From contig DYDC01000001.1 in NCBI GenBank assembly GCA_020718125.1, forward strand, positions 1 to 44,668: DNA of 44,668 nucleotides, given 5' to 3'. The translations under genes were made by a program, and so were the position numbers. This DNA comes from Methylacidiphilum sp. (GTDB taxonomy: Bacteria; Verrucomicrobiota; Verrucomicrobiia; CAIQCK01). How positions within the stretch are numbered: the stretch's first letter is position 1; each line of letters begins with the position of its first letter. Below, in pieces: positions 24,846 through 33,579 of this stretch. Below the pieces are notes generated by a model. That model did not search any database and was not told the DNA's origin. It saw nothing but the letters and a program-made list of their open reading frames with translations.

Positions 24846-26255
24846 TTATTTCGCCTGAAGCGCGGCCAATATCTTGCCGTGGATTCCGCCGAAGCCGCCG
24901 TTGGAGAAGATGGCGACGACATCGTTGGGGCGCAGCAGCGGCACAATGGAGGCGACGATGGCGTCGGCGTCGGGGAGGTAGTGGGCGGGCCGGCCTCGCG
25001 CGGCGATGTCGGCGATGAGGCGTTCAGGCGACAGGCGGTCGTGTTCGGCTAGCTGCTCCAACCGGGCGATCTGGCTGACGAAGACGCCGTCGGCTTCGGC
25101 GAGCGATTCGGCTAGTTCCTTCTGGAAGACGCAGCGGCGGGTGGTGTTGCTGCGCGGTTCGAAGACGGCCCAGAGGCGGCGGCCGGGGAACTGCGGGCGG
25201 AAGGCGCGGAGGGTCTCGCGGATGGCGGTCGGGTGATGACCAAAGTCGTCCACGACGGTGACGCCGCCGGCTTCGCCGCGGATTTCCTGCCGGCGCTTGA
25301 TGCCGCGGAAGGTGTCGAAGGCGGCCTGGATTTCGGCGGCCGTGAGGCCGTGGTGAAGTGACGCGGCGGCGACGGCGAGGGCGTTGCGGACGTTGTGCTG
25401 GCCCAAGAGGGAAATGCGGAATGCGTAATGCGTAATGCGTAACTCGGAATAGTCGGCAGCCAGCCGCACGTCAGTGGCTCGGAAGTCGTTGCCGGGGCCG
25501 AGGCCGAAAGTTTTGACGGGGCAGGGGGCGGTGGCGATGACTTCACGGACGTTGGGGTCGTCGCCGTTGGCGAGGACGAGGCCGTTGGGCGGGACGATGT
25601 TGATGAGGCGGCGGAAGGTGAGCTTGATGTCGTCGAGACTCGCGAAGATGTCGGCGTGGTCGAATTCGATGTTGTTGATGATGACGGTGTCGGGCAGGTA
25701 GTGGAGGAACTTGGAGCGCTTGTCGAAGAACGCGGTGTCGTATTCGTCGCCCTCGCTGATGAAGTAGCGGGCCTTTGGCGGGCAGGCGCAGCCTTGGCCG
25801 AGGTTGAGCGGGATGCCGCCGATGAGGTAGCCGGGGGCGCGGCCGGCGTGCTGGAAGGTCCAGGCCAGCAGCGACGTGGTGGTGGTCTTGCCGTGGGTGC
25901 CGGTGACGACAATGGAGGTCTTTCCCTGGATGAAGAACTCGCGCAGGACTTCGGGCAGCGAGGCGTAGCGGAGTCTGCGATCGAGGACGGCCTCGACCTC
26001 GGGGTTGCCTCGGCTGATGACGTTGCCGATGACGACGAGATCGGGCGCGCCGACGGCATCGAGGTTGGCGGCGGCATAGGAGGCCATCGCGGTGATGTCC
26101 TGTCCGGCGAGGAACGTGGACATGGGTGGATACACGTTCTGGTCGGAGCCGGTGACGCGCAGGCCGCGTTGTTTGAGGAGTGCGGCGGCAGCGGCCATGG
26201 CGGCGCCGCAGATGCCGAGGAAGTGGACGTGACGAATCTGGTCGGGCAGCAGCAT
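24846..26255 (-). CDS. mpl: UDP-N-acetylmuramate:L-alanyl-gamma-D-glutamyl-meso-DAP ligase (murein peptide ligase)
   Basis: HFLGICGAAMAAAA, TGTHGKTTTTS P-loop, GDEYDTAFFDKRSKF and DDFGHHPTA motifs. The start was set at the ATG at 26255. It contains a heptad tract at 25413-25454. Confidence 0.85.
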   Translation of the reverse strand: MLLPDQIRHVHFLGICGAAMAAAAALLKQRGLRVTGSDQNVYPPMSTFLAGQDITAMASYAAANLDAVGAPDLVVIGNVISRGNPEVEAVLDRRLRYASLPEVLREFFIQGKTSIVVTGTHGKTTTTSLLAWTFQHAGRAPGYLIGGIPLNLGQGCACPPKARYFISEGDEYDTAFFDKRSKFLHYLPDTVIINNIEFDHADIFASLDDIKLTFRRLINIVPPNGLVLANGDDPNVREVIATAPCPVKTFGLGPGNDFRATDVRLAADYSELRITHYAFRISLLGQHNVRNALAVAAASLHHGLTAAEIQAAFDTFRGIKRRQEIRGEAGGVTVVDDFGHHPTAIRETLRAFRPQFPGRRLWAVFEPRSNTTRRCVFQKELAESLAEADGVFVSQIARLEQLAEHDRLSPERLIADIAARGRPAHYLPDADAIVASIVPLLRPNDVVAIFSNGGFGGIHGKILAALQAK

Positions 26256-26334
26256 GGCGGCGACGGTAACGGCGCGCGGCGCGGGATTCAAACTTGATTT
26301 TCCCCCTGCGCGGGGGCTATCTCTGCTTGCAGCC

Positions 26335-26643
26335 ATGCCGACCTACGAATATCGCTGTAAGAAGTGCGACCACGAGTTTGAGGTGTTCCAGTCCATCAAG
26401 GACGCGCCGAAGAAGACCTGCCCGAAATGCAAGGGCCGCGTCGAGCGGCTCATCGGCGCGGGGGCGGGACTGCTTTTCAAAGGCTCGGGGTTCTACATCA
26501 CCGACTACCGGAGCGAGAGCTACAAGTCGGCGGCCAAGAGCGAGTCGTCGGCGTCGAAGGTTGAGAAACCGGCAAGCGGCGACGCCAAGTCTGCGGCTGG
26601 TTCCCACAAAAGTAAAAGCGGCGGTTCGGAGGCAAAGAAATGA
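26335..26643 (+). CDS. FmdB-family putative regulatory zinc-ribbon protein
   Basis: MPTYEYRCKKCDHEFEVFQSIKDAPKKTCPKCKG is the CxxC...CxxC FmdB signature. Confidence 0.8.
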   Translation: MPTYEYRCKKCDHEFEVFQSIKDAPKKTCPKCKGRVERLIGAGAGLLFKGSGFYITDYRSESYKSAAKSESSASKVEKPASGDAKSAAGSHKSKSGGSEAKK

Positions 26644-27443
26644 TCAAGTGCGGCGTTTGCGGTTTTGACAATTCATTGGGCCGGGTTCACTGCGTGCAGT
26701 GCGGCACGAAAATTGACCTGAGCAAGGTCGTGCCGGAAGGCGCGAAGACCAAGGGGAAGGGGGCTGTCGTGCTGGGCAGGACTCCCGGCGCACGCAAGTC
26801 CGTTGCGAAAACAATTTGCAAACTGGCGGACCTGGCCGTGCTTGCGGTGATCGTGGCGGCTCTTGTGTCGATATGGCAGGAAACGTCGCTCAAGCCCATC
26901 GAGCGAGGGCCGTCATGGGCGCTGGCGGCCAAGGGCAAGGTGGAAACGCTGTCGGCCGCGGTGCGGCTGGGGACGCCGTTGCCGCAGCCGCTGGAGTTTT
27001 CGGAGGCGGAGATCAACTCCTACATCGATGATCCCGCGTCTCCGCGGCGCCTGCCGCCGCCGCCCCAGGGGAAGGAACGTTTCAGCGCGCAGATCGTGCG
27101 GCGCCAGATCGAACTGGCGGAAGGCTCGATGACTGCGGTGGCGGTTGGCGAAATCAAACTGCCCAACTACGTGAAGCGCATCGTGGTCCGTGTCGGGGCG
27201 GAACTTGCGGGCGAGGCGGGTGGCCGCCGTCTGCGCCTGACAACGGCGCGCATTGGCAATCTGCCCCTTCACGCGCTGCCGTGGGGCGACAGACTGGTCG
27301 AGTTGTGCGGCAAGCATTTCTTCCAGTTCGAATTCTACGACACGGAGTGGAAGCTCATCCAACGCGCGAGCAACGTGCGCCTGGCGGCGGGGAAGGCGGT
27401 TGTCTCCTTCGGCGGGGGCGGCGCGCCCGCGGCCCGACAATGA
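26640..27443 (+). CDS. zinc-ribbon, single-pass membrane hypothetical protein
   Basis: MIKCGVCGFDN...VHCVQCGTKI zinc ribbon, followed by one hydrophobic helix. Start and stop are translationally coupled to both neighbours (ATGA overlaps). Confidence 0.5.
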   Translation: MIKCGVCGFDNSLGRVHCVQCGTKIDLSKVVPEGAKTKGKGAVVLGRTPGARKSVAKTICKLADLAVLAVIVAALVSIWQETSLKPIERGPSWALAAKGKVETLSAAVRLGTPLPQPLEFSEAEINSYIDDPASPRRLPPPPQGKERFSAQIVRRQIELAEGSMTAVAVGEIKLPNYVKRIVVRVGAELAGEAGGRRLRLTTARIGNLPLHALPWGDRLVELCGKHFFQFEFYDTEWKLIQRASNVRLAAGKAVVSFGGGGAPAARQ

Positions 27444-28837
27444 GGCTGGACGGGCGGCCGTTGGTGGCTGGCATGGCGCTGTCAATGGCGCTGGGCAGCG
27501 CTTGGGGCGCGACGACGAACGCATTCACGCGGGCAGTCAGTTTCTCGGGCCAGATCCACGTCCTGTGCGCCGAGCCTGCGTTGGCCGCGCCATTGGTGTC
27601 GTTCTGCGAGGATATCCGCGCGAAACTGGTCAAACGCGTGGGCGACGACGGACCGTGGCGCGCACCGGTGGCGGTGGTGGTCCGACAGAGGGCGGTGGGC
27701 AGCCCGGTGGCAATGCCCGGCGAGGCTGGACGGCTCCGCAGTTCTGTTGTGACCGTGTCGGGTTTCCTTCGGTTTCAGATCGAGATGGAGGCGCCGCCGC
27801 CGGTGGACGCGGATGAATTCGTGCGCGCGCTCGCGGGCGCGTTGCTGTCCGAGATGGCCAACCGCAGCCTCGGCAAGGTCGCGCCCGGCCAGACGATGGG
27901 GAGGGTGCCGGCGTGGCTGGTGTGGGGGCTGGTGAACCGGATGGATGATACCGCGCGGCCGGCCACACTCCGCGAGGTGCGGCGCGCGGTGGAACAGGGG
28001 GCGTTGCCGGGTTACTCGGAGTTCACGGCGTGGGATGCGCCGCAATGCGACACGGCGCTCTACCGCGCCTGTTGCGAGCTGCTGGTAGAGGCGTTGGAGA
28101 CGCAACTCAAGGGCCGGGAGAAGTTGCGCGACTTCGTGTTCGGCTTGAAGCCGGGCCGTTCATGGGGGACAACGCTGGCTGAGACGTTTGGCGGCGGGTT
28201 TGGCTACAAGCCCGGTTTGGAGAAATGGTGGGCGCTGTTCGCCAGCCGTGCGTCGGCGATGATCGTGGCGGAAGGCCTGTCCTGGACCGAATCGCGACGC
28301 CAGCTTGAGATGGCATTGCGGACGGATGAACCAGCTTTGGCGGCAGGCCTCTCCACGGGCGTCCTGCCAGCGGACTTCCTCAAACAGTGCGCGAACGATG
28401 CAAACACGCTCATGGAATGGCTCGTGCCGGTGCAGGGCCGGCTGCTGACGATGGCGCCGCTGGCGCACCCGTTGTATCGGCCGGTCGCCGGGGCTTATCT
28501 CAACGCGATAGATTCTTTGCGTGAGAAGCAGCCTCCGCAGAAAGGGTTCTGGGCCGGCGTGACGTCGTGGTTTGCGGAAGTCGGCGGCGCGCGGGAGAAA
28601 AGGATCCGGAGGTTCCAAAGCGACCTGCAGCGCGCGGTGGCCGCGCGGCGTCGCGCCGAACAAAGCGGCGAGGCCATGTCGCGCTATGTCGGCGAAGTGG
28701 AGGCGTCGGTGTATCCGGAGGACTTCGCAAAGCAGTTCGGCGGCTGGTTCCAGGTCAATCCACCGGCCGGCGGCAGCCCGCAGCCCACCCCCATCAGCAA
28801 GTTTTTGGATCGCGTCGAGGCGGAGCAACGGCGCTAA
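27440..28837 (+). CDS. secreted hypothetical protein
   Basis: 465 aa from the ATG at 27440, with a signal-like LVAGMALSMALGSAWG. No recognisable catalytic motif. Confidence 0.45.
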   Translation: MRLDGRPLVAGMALSMALGSAWGATTNAFTRAVSFSGQIHVLCAEPALAAPLVSFCEDIRAKLVKRVGDDGPWRAPVAVVVRQRAVGSPVAMPGEAGRLRSSVVTVSGFLRFQIEMEAPPPVDADEFVRALAGALLSEMANRSLGKVAPGQTMGRVPAWLVWGLVNRMDDTARPATLREVRRAVEQGALPGYSEFTAWDAPQCDTALYRACCELLVEALETQLKGREKLRDFVFGLKPGRSWGTTLAETFGGGFGYKPGLEKWWALFASRASAMIVAEGLSWTESRRQLEMALRTDEPALAAGLSTGVLPADFLKQCANDANTLMEWLVPVQGRLLTMAPLAHPLYRPVAGAYLNAIDSLREKQPPQKGFWAGVTSWFAEVGGAREKRIRRFQSDLQRAVAARRRAEQSGEAMSRYVGEVEASVYPEDFAKQFGGWFQVNPPAGGSPQPTPISKFLDRVEAEQRR

Positions 28838-28861
28838 CGTGTGGATCGCGGGCCGGGAGAG

Positions 28862-28951
28862 TGGCGGAGGGGGCGAGATTCGAACTCGCGAGGGCTTTTA
28901 CACCCCACACGCTTTCCAGGCGTGCTCCTTCAACCACTCGGACACCCCTCC
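28862..28951 (-). tRNA. tRNA-Ser (anticodon GGA)
   Basis: The reverse complement folds as acceptor GGAGGGG/CCCCTCC, anticodon stem CACGC/GCGTG with loop CTGGAAA, a long variable arm, T-arm GCGAG-TTCGAAT-CTCGC, and an encoded CCA. Confidence 0.9.
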
Positions 28952-29028
28952 GCAAAGGGCGCGCAAACCGTAGCGGGGCGCCCCGCCGATTGCAAGACGC
29001 GGGCACTACGCGAGCGCAACGCGCGCGA

Positions 29029-29057
29029 TTGACTTTTGAGGGTGGCTCTGACGATAT
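29029..29057 (+). promoter_or_regulatory. candidate sigma70-like promoter for recA (TTGACT-N17/18-GATATA region)
   Basis: TTGACT at 29029-29034 and an AT-rich CGATATAT at 29052-29059, about 25 nt upstream of the AGGAG RBS. Confidence 0.3.
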
Positions 29058-29084
29058 ATCCCGCGACTTCAACAGGAGAAAACC

Positions 29085-30197
29085 ATGCCCCCAGCCAAAG
29101 CGGCCGACAAAACCGAAAAAACAGACAAAGCCGAGAAGATCGAGAAACCGGCGGGAACCGACGCGGCGCCCGCCAAGACCCCCGCGCAGGTCAAGCAGCT
29201 CGAAGCCGCCATCGCCCACATCGCCAAGACCTACGGCGAGGGCAGCATCATGCGCCTTGGCGACGAGCGCGCCCGCGTGAAGATCGGCGTCATCTCGACG
29301 GGTTCGCTGGCCATTGACATGGCGCTCGGCATCGGCGGCGTGCCGCGCGGGCGCATCGTGGAGATTTACGGCCCGGAAATGTCCGGCAAGACCACGCTCG
29401 TGCTCCAGATCATGGCGCAGGCGCAGAAAAACGGCGGCTTGGCGGCGTTCATTGACGCCGAGCACGCGATGGCCCCGAACTACGCCAAGAAGCTCGGCGT
29501 CAACCTCGACGATTTGCTGGTGAGCCAGCCTGATAGTGGTGAAGAAGCGCTTCAGATCGTCGAGACGCTGGTTCGTTCCAACGCGCTTGACGTTATCGCG
29601 ATTGACTCGGTCGCCGCGCTCGTTCCGCGGGCCGAACTCGAAGGCCAGATGGGCGACGCCATCGTCGGCGTGCAGGCGCGTCTCATGAGCCAGGCGATGC
29701 GCAAACTGACCTCGATTGTGGCGAGGGCCAACACCTGCGTCATCTTCACCAACCAGCTCCGCGAAAAAATCGGCGTCATGTTCGGCAGCCCGGAGACGAC
29801 GCCGGGCGGCAAGGCGCTGAAGTTCTACGCCAGCGTGCGCATTGACATCCGCCGCCAGCAGCAGATTAAAGACCCCGAAGGCCGCGCCATCGGCAACCAT
29901 TGCAAGGTGAAGGTCGTGAAGAACAAGTGCGCCCCGCCGTTCACCGAGTGCGAATTCGACGTGATGTATAACGAGGGCATCTCGAAGGAAGGCAGCATCC
30001 TCGACGTGGCGACCAACTGCGGCGTCGTCGAGAAGAAAGGCTCCTGGCTCCAGTTCGAGGGCGAGATGATCGGCCAGGGCCGCGAAGCCGCGAAGGACTT
30101 CCTCCGCCAGAACCCCGCCGTCGGTGAGAAGATCGTCGCGGCGGTGAAGGCCAAGGCGGCAGGCCCGGCGGCTGCCGCCGAAGTGAAGAGTGAATAG
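29085..30197 (+). CDS. recA: recombinase RecA (with K/E/A-rich N-terminal extension)
   Basis: [17 protein letters not shown] Walker A, FIDAEHA and [20 protein letters not shown] motifs. Confidence 0.95.
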   Translation: MPPAKAADKTEKTDKAEKIEKPAGTDAAPAKTPAQVKQLEAAIAHIAKTYGEGSIMRLGDERARVKIGVISTGSLAIDMALGIGGVPRGRIVEIYGPEMSGKTTLVLQIMAQAQKNGGLAAFIDAEHAMAPNYAKKLGVNLDDLLVSQPDSGEEALQIVETLVRSNALDVIAIDSVAALVPRAELEGQMGDAIVGVQARLMSQAMRKLTSIVARANTCVIFTNQLREKIGVMFGSPETTPGGKALKFYASVRIDIRRQQQIKDPEGRAIGNHCKVKVVKNKCAPPFTECEFDVMYNEGISKEGSILDVATNCGVVEKKGSWLQFEGEMIGQGREAAKDFLRQNPAVGEKIVAAVKAKAAGPAAAAEVKSE

Positions 30198-30269
30198 TTC
30201 AGAGTGAAGAGTTCAGAAAGTCAGTCACCGTTAACTCTTCACTCTTCACTCTTCACTTTTAACTTTCTG
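30180..30269. repeat. heptanucleotide-repeat tract pair (GTGAAGA-type and complement TCTTCAC-type)
   Basis: AGAGTGAAGAGTT (30201-30213) pairs perfectly with AACTCTTCACTCT (30233-30245). CAGAAAG (30214-30220) pairs with CTTTCTG (30263-30269). The tract begins inside the last recA codons. Confidence 0.7.
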
Positions 30270-30274
30270 CCGTC

Positions 30275-33200
30275 ATGACCAGTTCCGAAATACGCCAGTT
30301 GTTCCTCGACTACTTCAAGCGCCAGGGGCACACCATCGTGCCGTCGTCGTCGCTGCTGCCCGACGCGCCGAACCTGCTGTTCACCAACGCCGGCATGAAC
30401 CAGTTCGTGCCGATCTTCCTCGGCCAGCAGCCGTGCCCCTACAAGCCCCAGCGCGCCGCCGACACGCAGAAGTGCATCCGCGCGGGCGGCAAGCACAACG
30501 ACCTCGAAGACGTCGGCCTCGACACCTACCACCACACGTTCTTCGAGATGCTCGGCAACTGGAGCTTCGGCGACTATTTCAAAAAGGAAGCCATCGCGTG
30601 GGCGTGGGAACTCGTCACATCGAAGGACTGGTGGGGCTTCCCGAAGGAGCGCATCTACGCCACGGTCTATAAGCCCGGCCCCGGCGATCCGAGCGAGTTC
30701 GACCAGGAAGCCTACAACCACTGGGCGAGCATCTTCACCGCCGCCGGCCTCGACCCGAAGCAGCACATCGTCTTCGGCAACAAGAAGGACAACTTCTGGA
30801 TGATGGGCGACACCGGCCCGTGCGGCCCGTGTTCGGAGCTGCACGTGGACCTCACGCCCAAGGGTGACACGCACGGCGCGCTGGTCAACAAAGGCAGCGC
30901 GCAGTGCATCGAGATCTGGAACCTCGTGTTCATGGAGTTCAACGCGAACCCGGACGGCACGTTTTCGCCGCTGCCGGCCAAGAATGTGGACACCGGCGCG
31001 GGCTTCGAGCGCGTCACCTCGATCATCCAGTGCACGAAGAACTTCACCGACTTCGGCGGCATCATCTCCAACTACGAGACTGACGTCTTCCGGCCCATCT
31101 TCGACGTGCTGGAGAAGCTCAGCGGCAAACGCTACGGCTCCACGCTGCCGAAGGCGGGCGAATTACCGGCTGCCGAGCAGGAGAAAATCGACATCGCTTT
31201 CCGTGTCATCGCCGACCACATCCGTTGCCTGGGCTTCGGCATCGCTGACGGCATCCCGCCGAGCAACGAAGGCCGCGGCTACGTCCTGCGCCGCATCCTG
31301 CGCCGCGCCGTCCGCTACGGCCGCTCACTCGGCTTCCACGAGCCGTTCTTCTACAAGCTCGTCGCGGTGCTCGCCCGGACGATGGGCGGCGTGTTCCCGG
31401 AAGCGCGCCAGCGGCAGGCGAGCATCGAGAAGGCCCTGCGCGGCGAGGAGGAGAGTTTCAACCGGACCTTGGATCGCGGCATTGAATTGTTCAACGAGGA
31501 AGCGTTGCGATTGACGGGGAGCGCACGCGTCCCGCGTGCGACTTCCGGCGTCTCGCCGGAAGCTGCGGTGGGCGCACGCTACTCCAAGCGTCGTTTGCCG
31601 CACTTTGAACGACCGTGGGCGAAATACATCGTGACGTTCTCCACCGTGGAGCGCCGGCAACTATCGCCGGCGGCCCGCGGTATCGTCTTGAACAGTCTGT
31701 TGTTTGTGCAGCAGCAAGGCCGCTACCAACTCTACGCCGCGTGTGTGATGCCCGACCACGTCCATTTGCTCTTCGAACCGCAAATCAAGACAGAAGACGC
31801 CGAGGGCAAGCCAATGTTTTGGTCGCTCACAGAACTCCTGCATTCCATCAAATCGTTCACGGCACACGAGATCAACAAGACAGAGGCCAAAAGCGGAGCC
31901 GTATGGGAAAAGGAGTCGTTTGACCGAATGATCCGGTCGGATGCGGACTGTGAAGAGAAGTTCAACTACATCTGCCAAAACCCTTGGGGGCCGGGTGGGG
32001 TTGCGCAGACGGAACCGTATCAGTGGTTGTGGACGCCTGAGGTTGCGCAACCGCAGACTCCTCGGCGGGACGCCGAGGAGGGCACGCGGGACGCGTGCGC
32101 TCCCCGGAACCTAACGGGCGACTTCGCTTTCAAACTCTATGACACCTACGGCTTCCCGCTCGACCTCACGGAACTGATGGCTCGCGAGCAGGGACTGAAA
32201 GTGGACGTGCCAGGCTTCGAAAAGCGGATGGAAGAACAACGGCAGCGGGCGCGTGAGGACTACGAGAAGAAGAAGTCGGTCATCGCGGCTGTGGGCGAGG
32301 GGCTGAAGGTCGAGCCGACGAAGTTCCTCGGCTACGACAACCTCGAAGCCGAGGCGGTCGTCGAGGCCGTCGCGCCGGGCGCGGAGGCGGGCGAGTTCGA
32401 GGTCGTCCTCGACAAGACGCCATTCTATGCCGAGATGGGCGGCCAGGTCGGCGACACGGGCCTGGTCCACGCGCCGGGACACGACTGGACCGAACTGGGC
32501 AAGCTACAGGTGCTCGACACGCAGCGTCAGGGCGAGGTCCATGTTCACCGCTCCAAGCTCTCCGACGGCCGCGCGCCGGTGGTGGGGGAGGCGGTGCGCG
32601 CAGCAGTGGACGCGGCGCGGCGGGCGAACATCCAGCGGCACCACACGGTGACGCACCTGTTCCACTGGGCGTTGCACGAGGTCGTCAGCAAGGACGCGCG
32701 GCAGCGCGGCTCGCATGTCGCGCCGGACCGGATGCGGTTCGATTTCAATCACCCGGAGCGGCTGACCGAGCGGCAGATCGCCGACATCGAGCGGCTGGTT
32801 AACGAGCGGATCAAGGAGAACGCGCCGGTCTATTGGACCGAAGCGCCTTACACCGAGATCAAGGGCAACGCGGCCGTGATGCAGTTCTTCGGCGAGAAAT
32901 ACGGCGACATCGTCCGCGTGGTGCAGATCGGCGGCCACGCGGGCAAGTTCGACGGCTATTCGGCGGAGCTTTGTGGCGGCACGCACACGCGGAACACGGG
33001 CGACATTCAGTTCTTCAAGATCGCGAAAGAGTCTGCCATCGCGGCGGGCACGCGCCGCGTCGAGGCGGTCGTGGGCCGGTTCGCGCTGGAGTTCGTGGAG
33101 AAGATGAAGGTTCAGCAGCGGGCCGAAGCCGCCAAAGCGCAGGCTCGCGGGCAGGACAAGGAACTCGCGAAGCAGCGGCAGGCGGATGCGCAGCGTCAGG

Positions 33201-33565
33201 CCGCGGGTCTTGCCGGTCAACTACTGGCGAAGGCGCAGCAGGTCGGCGCCGTGAAGTGCGTCGTTGCCAACGTCGGGGAAACGACGCCTGATGCGCTACG
33301 GACGATTGTTGACGGCATCAAGCCGAAGTTGCCGAGCGGCGTGGTTGTGCTCGGTGGCACGGGCGGCGGCAAGGTGTCGCTGGTTTGCTTCATCACACCC
33401 GACCTCGTGAAAGCGGGCAAGAACGCCGGCGAGATTGTTGGCGCGCTGGCGAAGACTTGCGGCGGTGGCGGCGGCGGCAGGCCGGACATGGCGCAGGCCG
33501 GCGGCAAAGACCCGTCGAAGCTCGACGAGGCGCTGAGATCTGTCACGGGCTTGATTGGCGGCTGA
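30275..33565 (+). CDS. alaS: alanine--tRNA ligase carrying an in-frame ~197-codon insertion
   Basis: FTNAGMNQF, KHNDLEDVG, WSFGDYFK, LYDTYGFPLDLT, the HHTVTHLL-type editing motif (RHHTVTHLFHWAL) and a C-terminal GGGG DHHA1-like end. It is 1096 aa versus the roughly 870-900 aa I recall for typical bacterial AlaRS. Confidence 0.9.
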   Translation: MTSSEIRQLFLDYFKRQGHTIVPSSSLLPDAPNLLFTNAGMNQFVPIFLGQQPCPYKPQRAADTQKCIRAGGKHNDLEDVGLDTYHHTFFEMLGNWSFGDYFKKEAIAWAWELVTSKDWWGFPKERIYATVYKPGPGDPSEFDQEAYNHWASIFTAAGLDPKQHIVFGNKKDNFWMMGDTGPCGPCSELHVDLTPKGDTHGALVNKGSAQCIEIWNLVFMEFNANPDGTFSPLPAKNVDTGAGFERVTSIIQCTKNFTDFGGIISNYETDVFRPIFDVLEKLSGKRYGSTLPKAGELPAAEQEKIDIAFRVIADHIRCLGFGIADGIPPSNEGRGYVLRRILRRAVRYGRSLGFHEPFFYKLVAVLARTMGGVFPEARQRQASIEKALRGEEESFNRTLDRGIELFNEEALRLTGSARVPRATSGVSPEAAVGARYSKRRLPHFERPWAKYIVTFSTVERRQLSPAARGIVLNSLLFVQQQGRYQLYAACVMPDHVHLLFEPQIKTEDAEGKPMFWSLTELLHSIKSFTAHEINKTEAKSGAVWEKESFDRMIRSDADCEEKFNYICQNPWGPGGVAQTEPYQWLWTPEVAQPQTPRRDAEEGTRDACAPRNLTGDFAFKLYDTYGFPLDLTELMAREQGLKVDVPGFEKRMEEQRQRAREDYEKKKSVIAAVGEGLKVEPTKFLGYDNLEAEAVVEAVAPGAEAGEFEVVLDKTPFYAEMGGQVGDTGLVHAPGHDWTELGKLQVLDTQRQGEVHVHRSKLSDGRAPVVGEAVRAAVDAARRANIQRHHTVTHLFHWALHEVVSKDARQRGSHVAPDRMRFDFNHPERLTERQIADIERLVNERIKENAPVYWTEAPYTEIKGNAAVMQFFGEKYGDIVRVVQIGGHAGKFDGYSAELCGGTHTRNTGDIQFFKIAKESAIAAGTRRVEAVVGRFALEFVEKMKVQQRAEAAKAQARGQDKELAKQRQADAQRQAAGLAGQLLAKAQQVGAVKCVVANVGETTPDALRTIVDGIKPKLPSGVVVLGGTGGGKVSLVCFITPDLVKAGKNAGEIVGALAKTCGGGGGGRPDMAQAGGKDPSKLDEALRSVTGLIGG
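31516..32105 (+). mobile_element. REP-associated tyrosine transposase (RAYT / IS200-like Y1 HUH) cassette with 24-nt perfect terminal inverted repeats, embedded in alaS
   Basis: GGGGAGCGCACGCGTCCCGCGTGC (31516-31539) is the exact reverse complement of 32082-32105. The interior encodes RRLPHFERPWAKYIVTF..., MPDHVHLLF (HUH) and FNYICQNPW (catalytic Tyr region). There is no stop codon in the alaS frame. Confidence 0.75.
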
Positions 33566-33579
33566 GCCGCGGCGGTTGC

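Noticed and set aside
28970-29009. GTAG...CTAC segment containing the palindrome GCGGGGCGCCCCGC, as a full REPIN doublet.
   Set aside because: Only one convincing hairpin is present, and the right half does not mirror the left. It is mentioned only as a weak candidate under the intergenic REP finding.
28838-29084. tRNA-Ser as an integration site for a genomic island.
   Set aside because: No integrase, no phage or plasmid genes, and no obvious direct repeat of the tRNA 3' end are present on either side. The neighbours are recA and a conserved hypothetical operon.
31516-32105. The alaS insertion as an intein.
   Set aside because: There is no Cys/Ser/Thr at the N-terminal junction. There is no His-Asn followed by Cys/Ser/Thr at the C-terminal junction (the junction reads PRN-LTG). 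No intein block motifs are present. The content is clearly HUH/Y1 transposase-like with terminal inverted repeats.
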